Of a stretch of 21,040 bases of DNA, positions 9,751-19,399 are shown piece by piece. This DNA is from Chiloscyllium plagiosum (lineage: Eukaryota). The DNA lies in the NCBI RefSeq assembly GCF_004010195.1, contig NC_057750.1, positions 8,222,084 through 8,243,123 on the forward strand, read 5' to 3'. Position 1 is the first letter of the stretch. Every line of letters begins with the position of its first letter. The notes under the pieces are model-generated. The model saw only the letters and a list, made by a program, of their open reading frames with translations, was not told where the DNA came from and did not search any database. The position numbers were made by a program, and so were the translations under genes.

Positions 9751-10087
9751 GCTCGCCCACACGGCCCTTTATGCTCAGTGATGTGCAGCTCCATTACATC
9801 ATTGCAACGTCACTACAGGGTCTTCAAGCCCTTCCAGAACAGGAACATGCTTTAAATGTGCTGTCCTGGCCACCTCTGTGTCAAAACTACAGACCAAGAG
9901 CACGTTGTGATTGTTGAAATCACCTGTTGTTTGTCCCGGATGTATCCAGACAGTGCCCTGTATGTATGGGTGTAGACTGATAGTCTCTAAGTTAGACTAA
10001 ACTGGCCACTTTACCCAACAAGATAAACCTGTACAAAGCACTGGTTCAGCTTAACTTGAGTTGTCAATACTCCACTTGGGGAAAGAT

Positions 10088-11359
10088 ATCAGGCCAGGCA
10101 GGATCCAAGGAGTAGGAGAATCGACATTTCGGGCATAAGCCCTTCTTCAGGAATGAGGAAGGTGTGCCAAGCAGGCTAAGATAAAAGGTAGGGAGGAGGG
10201 ACATGGGGGAGGGGCGTTGGGAATGTTAGTAAAGTGACCACCCCGACCTCAAATTGACCTGGACGGTCTCAGACTCCTCCCTCCCCTTCCTAGACCTCTC
10301 CATTTCTATCTCGGGCGACCGACTCAACACGGGACATTTGCTATAAACTGACCAACTCCCACAGCTACCTAGATTACACCTCCTCCCACCCTGCCCCCTG
10401 TCAAAACGCCATCCCATNNNNNNNNNNNNNNNNNNNNNNNNNNNNNNNNNNNNNNNNNNNNNNNNNNNNNNNNNNNNNNNNNNNNNNNNNNNNNNNNNNN
10501 NNNNNNNNNNNNNNNNNNNNNNNNNNNNNNNNNNNNNNNNNNNNNNNNNNNNNNNNNNNNNNNNNNNNNNNNNNNNNNNNNNNNNNNNNNNNNNNNNNNN
10601 NNNNNNNNNNNNNNNNNNNNNNNNNNNNNNNNNNNNNNNNNNNNNNNNNNNNNNNNNNNNNNNNNNNNNNNNNNNNNNNNNNNNNNNNNNNNNNNNNNNN
10701 NNNNNNNNNNNNNNNNNNNNNNNNNNNNNNNNNNNNNNNNNNNNNNNNNNNNNNNNNNNNNNNNNNNNNNNNNNNNNNNNNNNNNNNNNNNNNNNNNNNN
10801 NNNNNNNNNNNNNNNNNNNNNNNNNNNNNNNNNNNNNNNNNNNNNNNNNNNNNNNNNNNNNNNNNNNNNNNNNNNNNNNNNNNNNNNNNNNNNNNNNNNN
10901 NNNNNNNNNNNNNNNNNNNNNNNNNNNNNNNNNNNNNNNNNNNNNNNNNNNNNNNNNNNNNNNNNNNNNNNNNNNNNNNNNNNNNNNNNNNNNNNNNNNN
11001 NNNNNNNNNNNNNNNNNNNNNNNNNNNNNNNNNNNNNNNNNNNNNNNNNNNNNNNNNNACTCAGCACTGCCTTCTTGACCTGCAATCTTCTTCCCGACCT
11101 CTCTGCCCCCACCTCCTCTCCGGCCTATCATCCTCACCTTAACCACCTCCTTCCTATCGCATTCCCAAAGCCCCTCCTCCAAGTCCCTCCTCCCTACCTT
11201 TTATCTTAGCCTGCTTGGCACACCTTCCTCATTCCTGAAGCAGGGCTTATGCCCAAAACGTCGATTCTCCCGCTCCTTGGATGCTGCCTGACCTGCTGCG
11301 CTTTTCCAGCAACACATTTTTCAGCTCTGATCTCCAGCATCTGCAGTCCTCACTTTCTC
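10088..11359 (+). mobile_element. 5'-truncated Penelope-like element with inverted terminal repeat
   Basis: 10239-10417 encodes HPDLKLTWTVSDSSLPFLDLSISISGDRLNT/DICYKLTNSHSYLDYTSSHPAPCQNAIP (PLE RT, 1 frameshift); 10088-10225 is the inverted copy of 11160-11297; 13-bp TSD CTTGGGGAAAGAT at 10075-10087 and 11360-11372. Confidence 0.9.
10418..11058. other. Assembly gap (641 N)
   Basis: Run of n characters. Confidence 1.
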
Positions 11360-13689
11360 CTTGGGGAAAGATGTGTAGGTATCCAGAAAATAATCAGAAA
11401 AGATTCAGGGAAATGGTCCAGGGATGAGAAACCTCAGCGATACAGGTAGATTGGAGGAGGGAGAAGCTCGAGAGGAGATTTCTTTGAGTTGTTGAGCATC
11501 ATAACCTGCCCTGACACTAGAAATGGAGCAAACCTTGATCTACTCTCGGGAAATAAGGCAGGGCAGGTGTCTGAGGCGTCAATAGGGGAACACTTTGGGG
11601 CCAGTGATCATACTTCTGTTAGTTTTGAAAAATGATGGAAAAGGATAGACAGGGTCTAAAAGTTAAAGTTCTAAATTGGAGGAAGGCCAATTTTGATGGT
11701 ATTAGGCAGGAACTTTCAAAAGTTGACTGGGGGCAGATATTTGCAGGTAAAGGTTTGTCTAGAAAATGGGAAGCCTTCAAAAATGAGATAACGAGAGTCT
11801 AGAGACAGTATATTCCTGTTTTGGTGAAGGGTAAGGCTGGTAGGTGTAGGGAATACTGGATTACTGGAGGTTTTGGTCAAGGAAAAGAAGGAAGCATATG
11901 TAAGGTATAGACAGCAGGGATCTAGTGAACCCCTAGAAGTGTATAAAGGCAGTCAGAGTATACTTTACAAGGGAAATCAAGAGGGCAAAAAGGGGACATG
12001 AGATAGCTTTGGCAAATAGGATTGAGGAGAATCCAAAGGGCTTTTTTAAATACATTAAGGACAAAAGGGTAACTGGGGAGAGAATAGGGCCCCTCCAAGA
12101 TCAGCAAGGCAGCCTTTGTGTGGAGCCGCAGGAGATGGGGGAGATACTAAATAGGTATTTTGCATCAGTATTTACTGTTGAAAAGGACATGGATGCAAGA
12201 GAACTTGGGGAAAAATAGTGACATCTTGAAAAATGTCCATTTTACAGAGGAGGTGGTACTGGATGTCTTAAAACGCAAAAAGGTGGATAAATCCCTGGGT
12301 CCTGATTAGCTGAACTCTAGAACTCTGTGGGAAGCTAGGGAAGTGATTGCTGAGCCTCTTACTGAGATATTTGTATAGTCACAGGTGAGGTGCCGGAAGA
12401 CTGGAGGTTGGCTAAATTGGTGCCACTGCTTAAGAAAGATGCCACTGTTTAAGGACAAGCCAGGGAACTATACACCAGTGAGCCTGACATCAGTGGTGGG
12501 CAAGTTGTTACAGGGAATCCTGAGGGACTGGATTTGCATTATTTGAAAAGGCAAGGACTGATTCGGGATAGTCAACATGGCTTTTTGCATGGGGAATCAT
12601 GTCTCACAAACTTGATTGAGTTTTTTGAAGAAAAATGAAGGGGATTGCTGAAAGCACAGCGGTTGATGTGATCTATGTGGACTTCAGTAAGGCGTTTGAC
12701 AAGGTTCCTCATGGTAGACTGGTTAGCAAGGTTAGATCTCATGGAATAAAGGAAGAATTAGTCATTTGGATACAGAATTGGCTCAAAGGTAGAAGACAGA
12801 GGGTGTTGGTGGAGGGTTGCTTTTCAGACTGGAGGCCTGTGACCAGTGGAGTGCCACAAGGATCGGTGCTGAGTCCACTTTTTTTCATCATTTATATAAA
12901 TGATTTGGATGGTATGATAGGAAGTTTGCAGATGACACCAAAACTGGAGGTGTAGTGGACAGTAAAAAAGGTACCTTAAAGCTCGACTGGACCTTGATCA
13001 GATGGGCCAATGGGCTGAGGAGTGGCAGATGGAGTTTAATTTAGATAAATGTGAGGTGCTGTATTTTGGAAAGGCAAATCAGAGCAGGACTTATACAGTT
13101 AATGGTAAGGTCCTGGGGAGTGTTGCTGAACAAAGAGACTTTGGAGTGCAGGTTCATAGCTCCTTGAAAGTGGAGTTTCAGGTAGATAAGATAGTGAGGA
13201 AGACATTTGGTATGCTTGCCTTTATTGGTCAGTGCATTGAGTATAGGAGTTGGGAAGTCATGTTGCGGCTGTACAAGACATTGGTTAGGTTATTTTTGGT
13301 CTCCCAATTCTGGCCTCCCTCCTTTGGGGAGGATGTTGTGAAACTTGAAAGGATTCAGAGAAGATTTACAAGGATGTTGCCAGGATTGAAGTGTTTGAGT
13401 TCTAGGGAGAGGCTGAATAGGCTGGGGCTATTTTCCCTGAGCATTGGAGGCTGAAGGGTGACCTTATAGAAGTTTATAAAATCATGAAGGACATGGATAG
13501 GGTGAATAGCCAAGGTCTTTTCCCTGGGGTGGGGGACTCCAGAACTAGAGGGCATAGGTTTAAAATGAGAATGGAAAGATTTAAAAAGAACCTGAGGGGC
13601 AACTTTCCCACACAAGGTGGTGCGTGTATGGAATGAGTGCCAAAGGAAGTGATGGAGGCTGGTACAGTTGCAACATTTAAAAGGCATCT

Positions 13690-13822
13690 ATCCCACAACC
13701 ACCTGATGAAGGAGCAGTGCTCCGAAAGCTAGTGCTTCCAAATTAACCTGTTGGACTATAACATGGTGTTGAGTGATTTTTAACTTTGTACACCCCAGTC
13801 CAACACTGGCATCTCCAAATCA
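13690..13822 (+). mobile_element. Short Penelope-type terminal-repeat insertion (second family) inside the CR1
   Basis: Interrupts CR1 between aaggcatct and atgaatagg; carries a hammerhead motif and internal inverted repeats tgttggact..agtccaaca. Confidence 0.8.
13700..13734 (+). ncRNA. Minimal type I hammerhead ribozyme motif
   Basis: CAC-CTGATGA-A-GGAGC-AGT-GCTCC-GAA-AGCT-A-GTG: core boxes intact, 5-bp stem II, palindromic AGCU stem III, CUA cleavage triplet, CAC/GTG stem I. Confidence 0.75.
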
Positions 13823-14509
13823 TGAATAGGAAGAGTTGAGAGGGATATGGGCCAAATGCTGGCAAATGGGACTAAGATTAATTTAGGATAGCTGGTTGGC
13901 ATGGATGAGTTGGACTGAATGGTCTGTTTCTGTGTTGTACATCTCGATGATACCAAGTAGACAATGAGAAATTGTACCCTGTCATGGATCAAGAACCATA
14001 TTTCGGGTGATTGACAAAGGAAGCTATGGCAAACTGAGAAAAAACGTTTTTTATGTAGCGAGTGAACAGGATTCAGAGTCACTGGGAATGCTGGTGAAGA
14101 CAGGATCAGTAAAAGTTTTCAAAAAGGAATTGGATCATTATGAGAAGGGAGAGAATCTGCAGGACTCTCGGGGTTAAACTGGGGACTGGGTGGATTGTCC
14201 ATGGATAGAACCAAGGTAGATACAATGGGCTGAATTACCTTGTTGCATGCTGCAGCACTTTATGCCCACCTTGACAAGAGTCCCCACTCTTCACCATCAT
14301 AATTGATGGTGGATGGAGTGCACCGAAGTGATTCTATGGGGTGCTATCTAAATGCAGAAACCTTATGCACAGTTCCTTCATTTACCATCACTGGGATGCA
14401 GGAGGTGATGCAGGACTCCCCCTGAGAGTACATACTGTGTGCCAGGCAGATGCCAGCTGGTGGAGGCTTCTTGAACTTTGCTGAGGGTAAAGGCAGAGAG
14501 TAGCTGCAG

Positions 14510-14523
14510 GTGCCACCTGCTGG
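14510..14523 (-). promoter_or_regulatory. Candidate CTCF site
   Basis: Reverse complement CCAGCAGGTGGCAC matches CCASYAGRKGGCRS at 14/14; weaker co-oriented CCACCAGCTGGCAT at 14450-14463; lies in apparently unique DNA. Confidence 0.55.
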
Positions 14524-14913
14524 ACTGTCCCGTGCAGCATTCCCGATCTGTACAGCAGTTGGAAAGAGGGCTGGGAACAGGCCCTGTTCACACATCATCC
14601 CTCACTCTGGAGAAGACTTAGGGAAGACTCTCATTAAACAGGCATTAAAAATTCAAAATAAAAACTCATTAACTATTTAGCCAACTGGAACTGAAGCCAC
14701 AGACTAAACATTGACTTCTTCCTGGGGGAAATCTTCTGGCCTCTTTGACTTTACCCTCCAATCACGCTCTTATCTGCTAACCATGGGAATTCTCACCTGG
14801 TTCCTTAGATATCCACACTCCCTTAAAGGAGGAACTCCCCAGCCTCCCTGACCGCAATGTATTGCACTAAAACCTTAAGCACCATTGATTTTTGGTTCTT
14901 TACACCTTAGTTA

Positions 14914-15230
14914 ATAGAATCCCTACAGTGTGGAAAGCAAGCCCCCAAAGAGTATCCTACCCAAACCCATTACTCTACATTTACCCCTGACTAATGCACC
15001 TAACTTACGCATTCCTGAATATTATGGGCAATTTTGCACAGCCAGTCCACCCTCACCCGCACATCTTTGGACTGTGGGAGGAAACCAGAGCAAGCCCACA
15101 CAGACGTGGGGTGCACAGACACAGGGTGAACATGCAAACTCCCCACAGACAGTCGCCTGAGGCTGGAATTGAACCCAGGTCCCTGCCGCTGTGAGGCAAC
15201 AGTGCTAACCACTGAGCCACCGTGCTGCCC
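14914..15230 (-). mobile_element. HE1-type V-SINE, near full length
   Basis: A box TGGCTCAGTGG (15219-15209), B box GGTTCAATTCC (15175-15165), V-domain tttggactgtgggaggaaacc and tgcaaactccccacagacag, tail tagaatccctacagtgtggaaa. Confidence 0.92.
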
Positions 15231-15242
15231 ATCTTTTTTTTA

Positions 15243-15607
15243 TTATTTCATGGGATGTGGGTATCCCTGGCAAGGCCAGTGTTTGTTGCCTACCTCTAAT
15301 TGCCCTTAAAGAGAATGGCTTGCTAGAACCATTTCAGAGGGCAGTTAGGAATCAACCACGTTGCTATGGGTCCGAAGTCCCTGATCGGTAACAATGGCAG
15401 ATTTCTTTCCCTCAAGGACATCAGTAAACCAAATGAACTTTCACAACAAGACTTAGAATGGCCACCCTTTTAATCCCAGACTTTTCTTTTCATGATTTCA
15501 AATATCACTATCTGCCATGGTGGAATTTGAGCCCATGTGCCCAGAATATTAGCCTGGAGTTCTGGACTGTTACTTTAGTGACATTACCACTGTGCTGCCA
15601 GCTCTCT
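15243..15607 (-). mobile_element. Family B tRNA-SINE, near full length
   Basis: Tail ttcatgggatgtggg..tgcctacctctaattgccctt; antisense B box ggaatttgagccc; head gtgacattaccactgtgc. Confidence 0.8.
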
Positions 15608-15619
15608 AGCAGCATCATG

Positions 15620-15740
15620 GAGACACCTACACCGAATGAACTGCAGTTGTTCAGGAAGCCAGCTCACTGCCACCTTCTGGAGAGGAATTAAGAATGGGCA
15701 AGGAATGCTGGTCTAACCAGTGACACCCACAACCCATGAG
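15620..15740 (+). mobile_element. 3' end of a LINE sharing the family B SINE tail
   Basis: gaactgcagttgttcaggaagccagctcactgccaccttct (ELQLFRKPAHCHL, ORF2-end-like) joined to gggcaaggaatgctggtctaaccagtgacacccacaacccatga. Confidence 0.6.
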
Positions 15741-15767
15741 CACTTTCAATAGAAACCAAGCTCATTG

Positions 15768-16110
15768 ATCAGATTCAAGTCTGTAACTCAATCCTGGTTA
15801 TCTGTTATTCTATTTATAAACAGCTCCTCTCAACCCCACAATTAAATTCCAGACTGCAACTCACTCCCTTGTATCTGCTACTCTACCCCAAACCACCCCC
15901 CCATCAAACCACCACCTGGTTAGATTCCAGTCTGTATTCCACTCTAGAGTATCTTGTTCCATATATAAACCACCCTGAACCCCTCAATTAGAGTCCAGTC
16001 TGTCATATACTGCACAGTACTTTTTTTCCATGTAAGAAACTCAAACCACTCAAATAGATTGTTCCCATCTATAAATCACTCCCAGATATGTTATTCCACA
16101 TATTAACCCA
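15768..16110. repeat. Degenerate ~70-bp minisatellite, about 5 units
   Basis: Recurring (t)agattccagtctgtaactcactcc..gtatctgttattctatatataaaccacc..aacccctcaa starting near 15770, 15842, 15920, 15988 and 16055. Confidence 0.8.
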
Positions 16111-16408
16111 GGACCAGGGTTATGGTACATGAATATAGGACAGGCCATTTCAGACTGAGATGGGGAGAAATGTCTTCACCCAGACAGTGGGGGAGCCTGT
16201 GGAATTCTCTGCCAGGTTGAGGCCAAGACATTGAATGATGTCAAGATGGGGTTAGACATAATACTTGGGTCTAAAGGGATCAAACAATATGTAGTGCAAA
16301 TGAGAACAGGGTAATGAGTTGGATGAGCAGCCATGATCATAATGAACAGCAGGGCAGCCTCAAAGGGCTGAATGGCTGACCTCAGGTCCAATTTTCTACA
16401 TTTCTATT
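16108..16408 (+). mobile_element. CR1 3' fragment
   Basis: aggccatttcagactgagatggggagaaatgtcttcacccagacagtgg (PFQTEM.RN.FTQ.V) and 3'UTR cagccatgatcataatgaa..gggctgaatggc, homologous to 17490-17750. Confidence 0.85.
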
Positions 16409-17035
16409 ACAGTCGCTAATACAGTCCTGGCTATCTGTTCAGCTCGTAATACATGACCTGAAGCCCTTACCAAGATTCCAGCCTGTAACTTGCTCCTGGC
16501 TGTTTCTCGTCCTTTGCACTGCATGAGGGAACGACATGCAAGCAAACATCAAACAGTGAAACCTGGCCCACTGTCCAGAGGGGGAGATGAGCTGAATGGG
16601 ACTCCCTGGATGGAACACCAGTGCCTGCAGGCTCTTGAAGATAAATGAGGACAATTTGATTAATCATGACACAACTGAACTGGGCCAAACAGGAGGCTAC
16701 AGGCTGCTATCCAGATGCATGTGTGCACAAAGACACATAGGCATTCACACACATGCGAACACGCACGCTCTCTCCAGCCATACATGTATACACACGCACT
16801 CTAGCATTCTTTCATCTCCTTCTCTTTCATCTTGTTTTGCACAGAGCAGATATGAGAAACCATCCTATTCCAACTACCAGACTATAGCAAAAGGAGATAA
16901 AGTACATGCATAGCCGAGAGATTTAACTGCTTCTTTAAAAGTTCTTGCTGATCATTTTACTTGGAAGCATAACATCATGCAAATGAAGGCCTTGACTTTC
17001 CATAGTCCCTTTGTGGTCTCAGGCTATCCCAAGTC

Positions 17036-17950
17036 TCGGGGGTGACATAGGGGTAATCTCACTGGGCTCATAGTCAAGAAGACCATGTTAATATTCTGGG
17101 GCCATGGATTCAAATCTCACCATGGCAACTGGTGGGAATTTAAATTCCAGTAATAAATCTGGCGTTCTTCTGCAGCTGTACAGGGCCCTGGTGAGACCAC
17201 ACTTGGAGTACTGTGTGCAGTTCTGGTCTCCAAATTTGAGGAAAGACATTCTGGCTATTGAGGGAGTGCAGCGTAGGTTCACAAGGTCAATTCCTGGAAT
17301 GGCGGGACTACCTTACACTGAAAGACTGGAGCGACTGGGCTTGTATACCCTTGAGTTTGGAAGACTGAGAGGGGATCTGATTGAGACATATAAGATTATT
17401 AAAGGATTGGATACTTTGGAGGCAGGAAACATGTTTCTGCTGATGGATGAGTGCCGAACCAGAGGACACAACTTAAAAATACGGGGTAGACCATTTCAGA
17501 CAGAGATGAGGAGAAACTTCTTCACCCAGAGAGTGGTGGCTGTGTGGAATGCTCTGCCCCAGAGGGCAGTGGAGGCCCAGTTTCGGGTTTCATTTAAGAA
17601 AGAGTTGGATAGAGCTCTCAAGGATAGTGGAATCAAGGGTTATGGAGATAAGGCAGGAACAGGATACTGATTAAGGATGATCAGCCATGATCATAATGAA
17701 TGGTGGTGCTGGCTCGAAGGGCAGAATGGCCGACTCCTGCACCTATTGTCTATTCTAGTTCTGAGTACTGGTGACTGTGAAGGTGTCATCACATTGTTTA
17801 GAAAAGCCCATGTGATTCATTAATCCTTACCCTGTCGAGTCAATATGTAACTTTTAATTGCCCCTGAGATGACACGATATAAGCCACTCAATTCAAGGCT
17901 AATCGGTGCTGGGGAAAACAAATGCTGGCCTTGCCCACATCCAGGGAGAG
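17036..17950 (+). mobile_element. Family B tRNA-SINE split by a CR1 (17036-17160 and 17755-17950)
   Basis: B box ggattcaaatctc, ggcaactggtgggaatttaaattc; resumes ctagttctgagtactggtgac..; tail aaatgctggccttgcccacatcc. Confidence 0.7.
17161..17754 (+). mobile_element. Young 5'-truncated CR1 (uninterrupted ORF2 C-terminus)
   Basis: LQLYRALVRPHLEYCVQFWSP..QRRFTRSIPGM..LRGDLIETYKII..FFTQRVV..WNALP, open to the stop at 17670; tail ctattgtctatt. Confidence 0.95.
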
Positions 17951-18324
17951 AATAAAGAGAAACAATGTACCTTGGGAATTCCAGCAGAATTTGGCGACGG
18001 TGAAGGAAGGAGTTTGCTGGGACCTCCACCAATGAGAGATGGCAGTTGGTGCAGTCAAACAGACTCTCCCTGGGGAAAAGGGTGGCTCTGGTGGAGGTGC
18101 AAGGGGAAGCAGCTAGACAAAGAATTGCTGTAGGGCAGTGTAGCCCAGGGCTGTCATTCCATTTAAATGGTTTCTTGTTTATCCTTAATTTCCCTTCCTC
18201 TTTGTGACGACCTGGAATGAAGAATCCCTGCTTCATGATCTTTATGCCTTCTGTTTGTTCCAGTCTCATATTGCAAAAAGATAATTGAGCACTGACAGTT
18301 GAATGAAGCGAGAATGCCCCTTGC

Positions 18325-18480
18325 TTAAGAACATAACCCTTCAGCCCCTCTTTCTATCATTTACTGAGACAGTGACTGGATTGTAACACACTGTAAATCC
18401 CTTGCCCCAGATCGCTTAATAGCTTTTCAATCACAAACACTCTTCAGCCTCAGGTATGAAGTTAATAACTAATCTACCTG
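18325..18480 (-). mobile_element. Old CR1 3'UTR remnant
   Basis: taagaacataacccttcagcccctc...ccttgccccagatcgcttaata resembles an antisense CR1 tail. Confidence 0.45.
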
Positions 18481-18519
18481 TTCTGATGAATATCTTGAAA
18501 TCTTTCAAGTTACCTTCTT

Positions 18520-18620
18520 CAAATAGCACTGTGGCATCTTTTACAACCAGATGAGAAAGTCACAATCTAATATCTGATCTGAAATACGGCATCTCCAATT
18601 GAGCAGCAGTGCTGCAATGA
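18520..18620 (-). mobile_element. DeuSINE remnant
   Basis: atcttttacaaccagatgagaa..taatatctgatctgaaatacggcatctccaa is antisense to 3486-3555. Confidence 0.5.
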
Positions 18621-18627
18621 GATAGTT

Positions 18628-18700
18628 TAATTCACTCGTGCGATGTTGGTGTCGCTGGCTAGACCAACGTTTATTGCCCATCCCTAATTGCCCTACGGAA
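18628..18700 (-). mobile_element. Tail fragment of family B SINE or its partner LINE
   Basis: attcactcgtgcgatgttggtgtcgctggctagaccaacgtttattgcccatccctaattgccc. Confidence 0.75.
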
Positions 18701-19399
18701 AGTGATCATGAGTTACTGGCCAAAGCAAGGGTACAGTCAGGCACAGGACCTCCCTGAAGCACTGTCACTGGGTCTTGGCTGGAAACCCAGTTGGACTCAA
18801 TCACATTGCCGATGTTTAAGGCGTACTGTGCCTTCCTTCCTCTCCTGAACACAGTACAATAAATTGAGTGCAGCTTGGAACTGCAGGCACTGATTGGCCA
18901 AGCAAGCATACTTCAGGGGATGTTTCCAGGCAATAATTGTTTTCAATTTGGTTGCAAGAGGAGAGGGAGCTAAAGAAATGAAAGAATGAGAAAATAAAGA
19001 TAGCAGCCCGAGGGTTGCCAGTTTAACAGGTTGCACAGCATTCTGCGAGGCTTATGAATGTCAAGCGATAACAGCTGTCATGGGAGGCACTGGGATTAAT
19101 TCACTGACATGGGGCAATGGAGAGATCTGCTTATTTCAGTCTTTCCATAGTTTAGCACAGAAGAGGATCTGAGTGAACACGTCCATGCCCGTGTGGGCCA
19201 CGTTCTCTGCCGCAGGAGAAATACGGATCTGTCACCCCACTGCCTCCTTTCTCTCTCTGTGACTCTCTTTCTCCCTCCCTCTCCTTGCCATTGGCTTGCC
19301 CTTCAGATTGTTGCTTTATTAAAATTACTAAGTACAGTTTTGAGTGTGACTTTATAAATGCTACTGCAACAAACTCGCGTTTATATAGCTCTTCCAACC

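Larger units (their letters stand above)
11515..13950 (+). mobile_element. CR1 LINE, about 2.4 kb, ORF2 pseudogene (end of endonuclease, RT, 3'UTR)
   Basis: TRNGANLDLL at the start; [33 protein letters not shown] at 12925-12936, WAEEWQMEFNLDKCEV, QRRFTRMLPGL; many stops and frameshifts; tail ggtctgtttctgtgttgtacatctcgatga. Confidence 0.95.
10020..14265 (+). mobile_element. Old CR1 3' region split into 10020-10087, 11360-11514 and 13951-14265
   Basis: INLYKALVQ..L, then ggaaagat (GKD), aaaagattcagggaaatggtccagggatg (KRF.EM.PGM), then gtagacaatgagaaattgtaccct (VDNEKLYP), ttttcaaaaaggaattggat (FKKELD) and 3'UTR atgggctgaattacc; collinear with CR1. Confidence 0.6.

Noticed and set aside
10226..11182. 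318-aa and 247-aa minus-strand ORFs
   Set aside because: Artefacts of translating through the N gap; the real coding remnant is PLE RT on the + strand
12421..12453. 14-bp direct repeat tgccactg(c/t)ttaag as a TSD
   Set aside because: Only 5 nt lie between the copies; a local slippage duplication within CR1
12009..13454. ORFs 12009-12218, 12635-12955 and 13002-13454 as genes
   Set aside because: Broken pieces of one CR1 ORF2 pseudogene separated by stops and frameshifts
11512..13953. tgacac/tgatac as the TSD of the large CR1
   Set aside because: Short, mismatched and overlapping the expected CR1 tail; not distinguishable from chance
15160..15230. tRNA gene (A and B boxes)
   Set aside because: It is the tRNA-derived head of an HE1 SINE, continuous with the V-domain and LINE tail; the same applies to the other B boxes
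16570..16590. CTCF-like gtccagagggggag
   Set aside because: Too many mismatches in the CCA and GGC positions of the core
16720..16800. His/Thr-rich peptide HTHANTHA in ORF 16596-16913
   Set aside because: Translation of a decayed CA microsatellite
19160..19310. ACGTG motifs and CT-rich tract as an enhancer or splice acceptor
   Set aside because: Short motifs and low-complexity tract with no convincing downstream exon; unsupported from sequence alone
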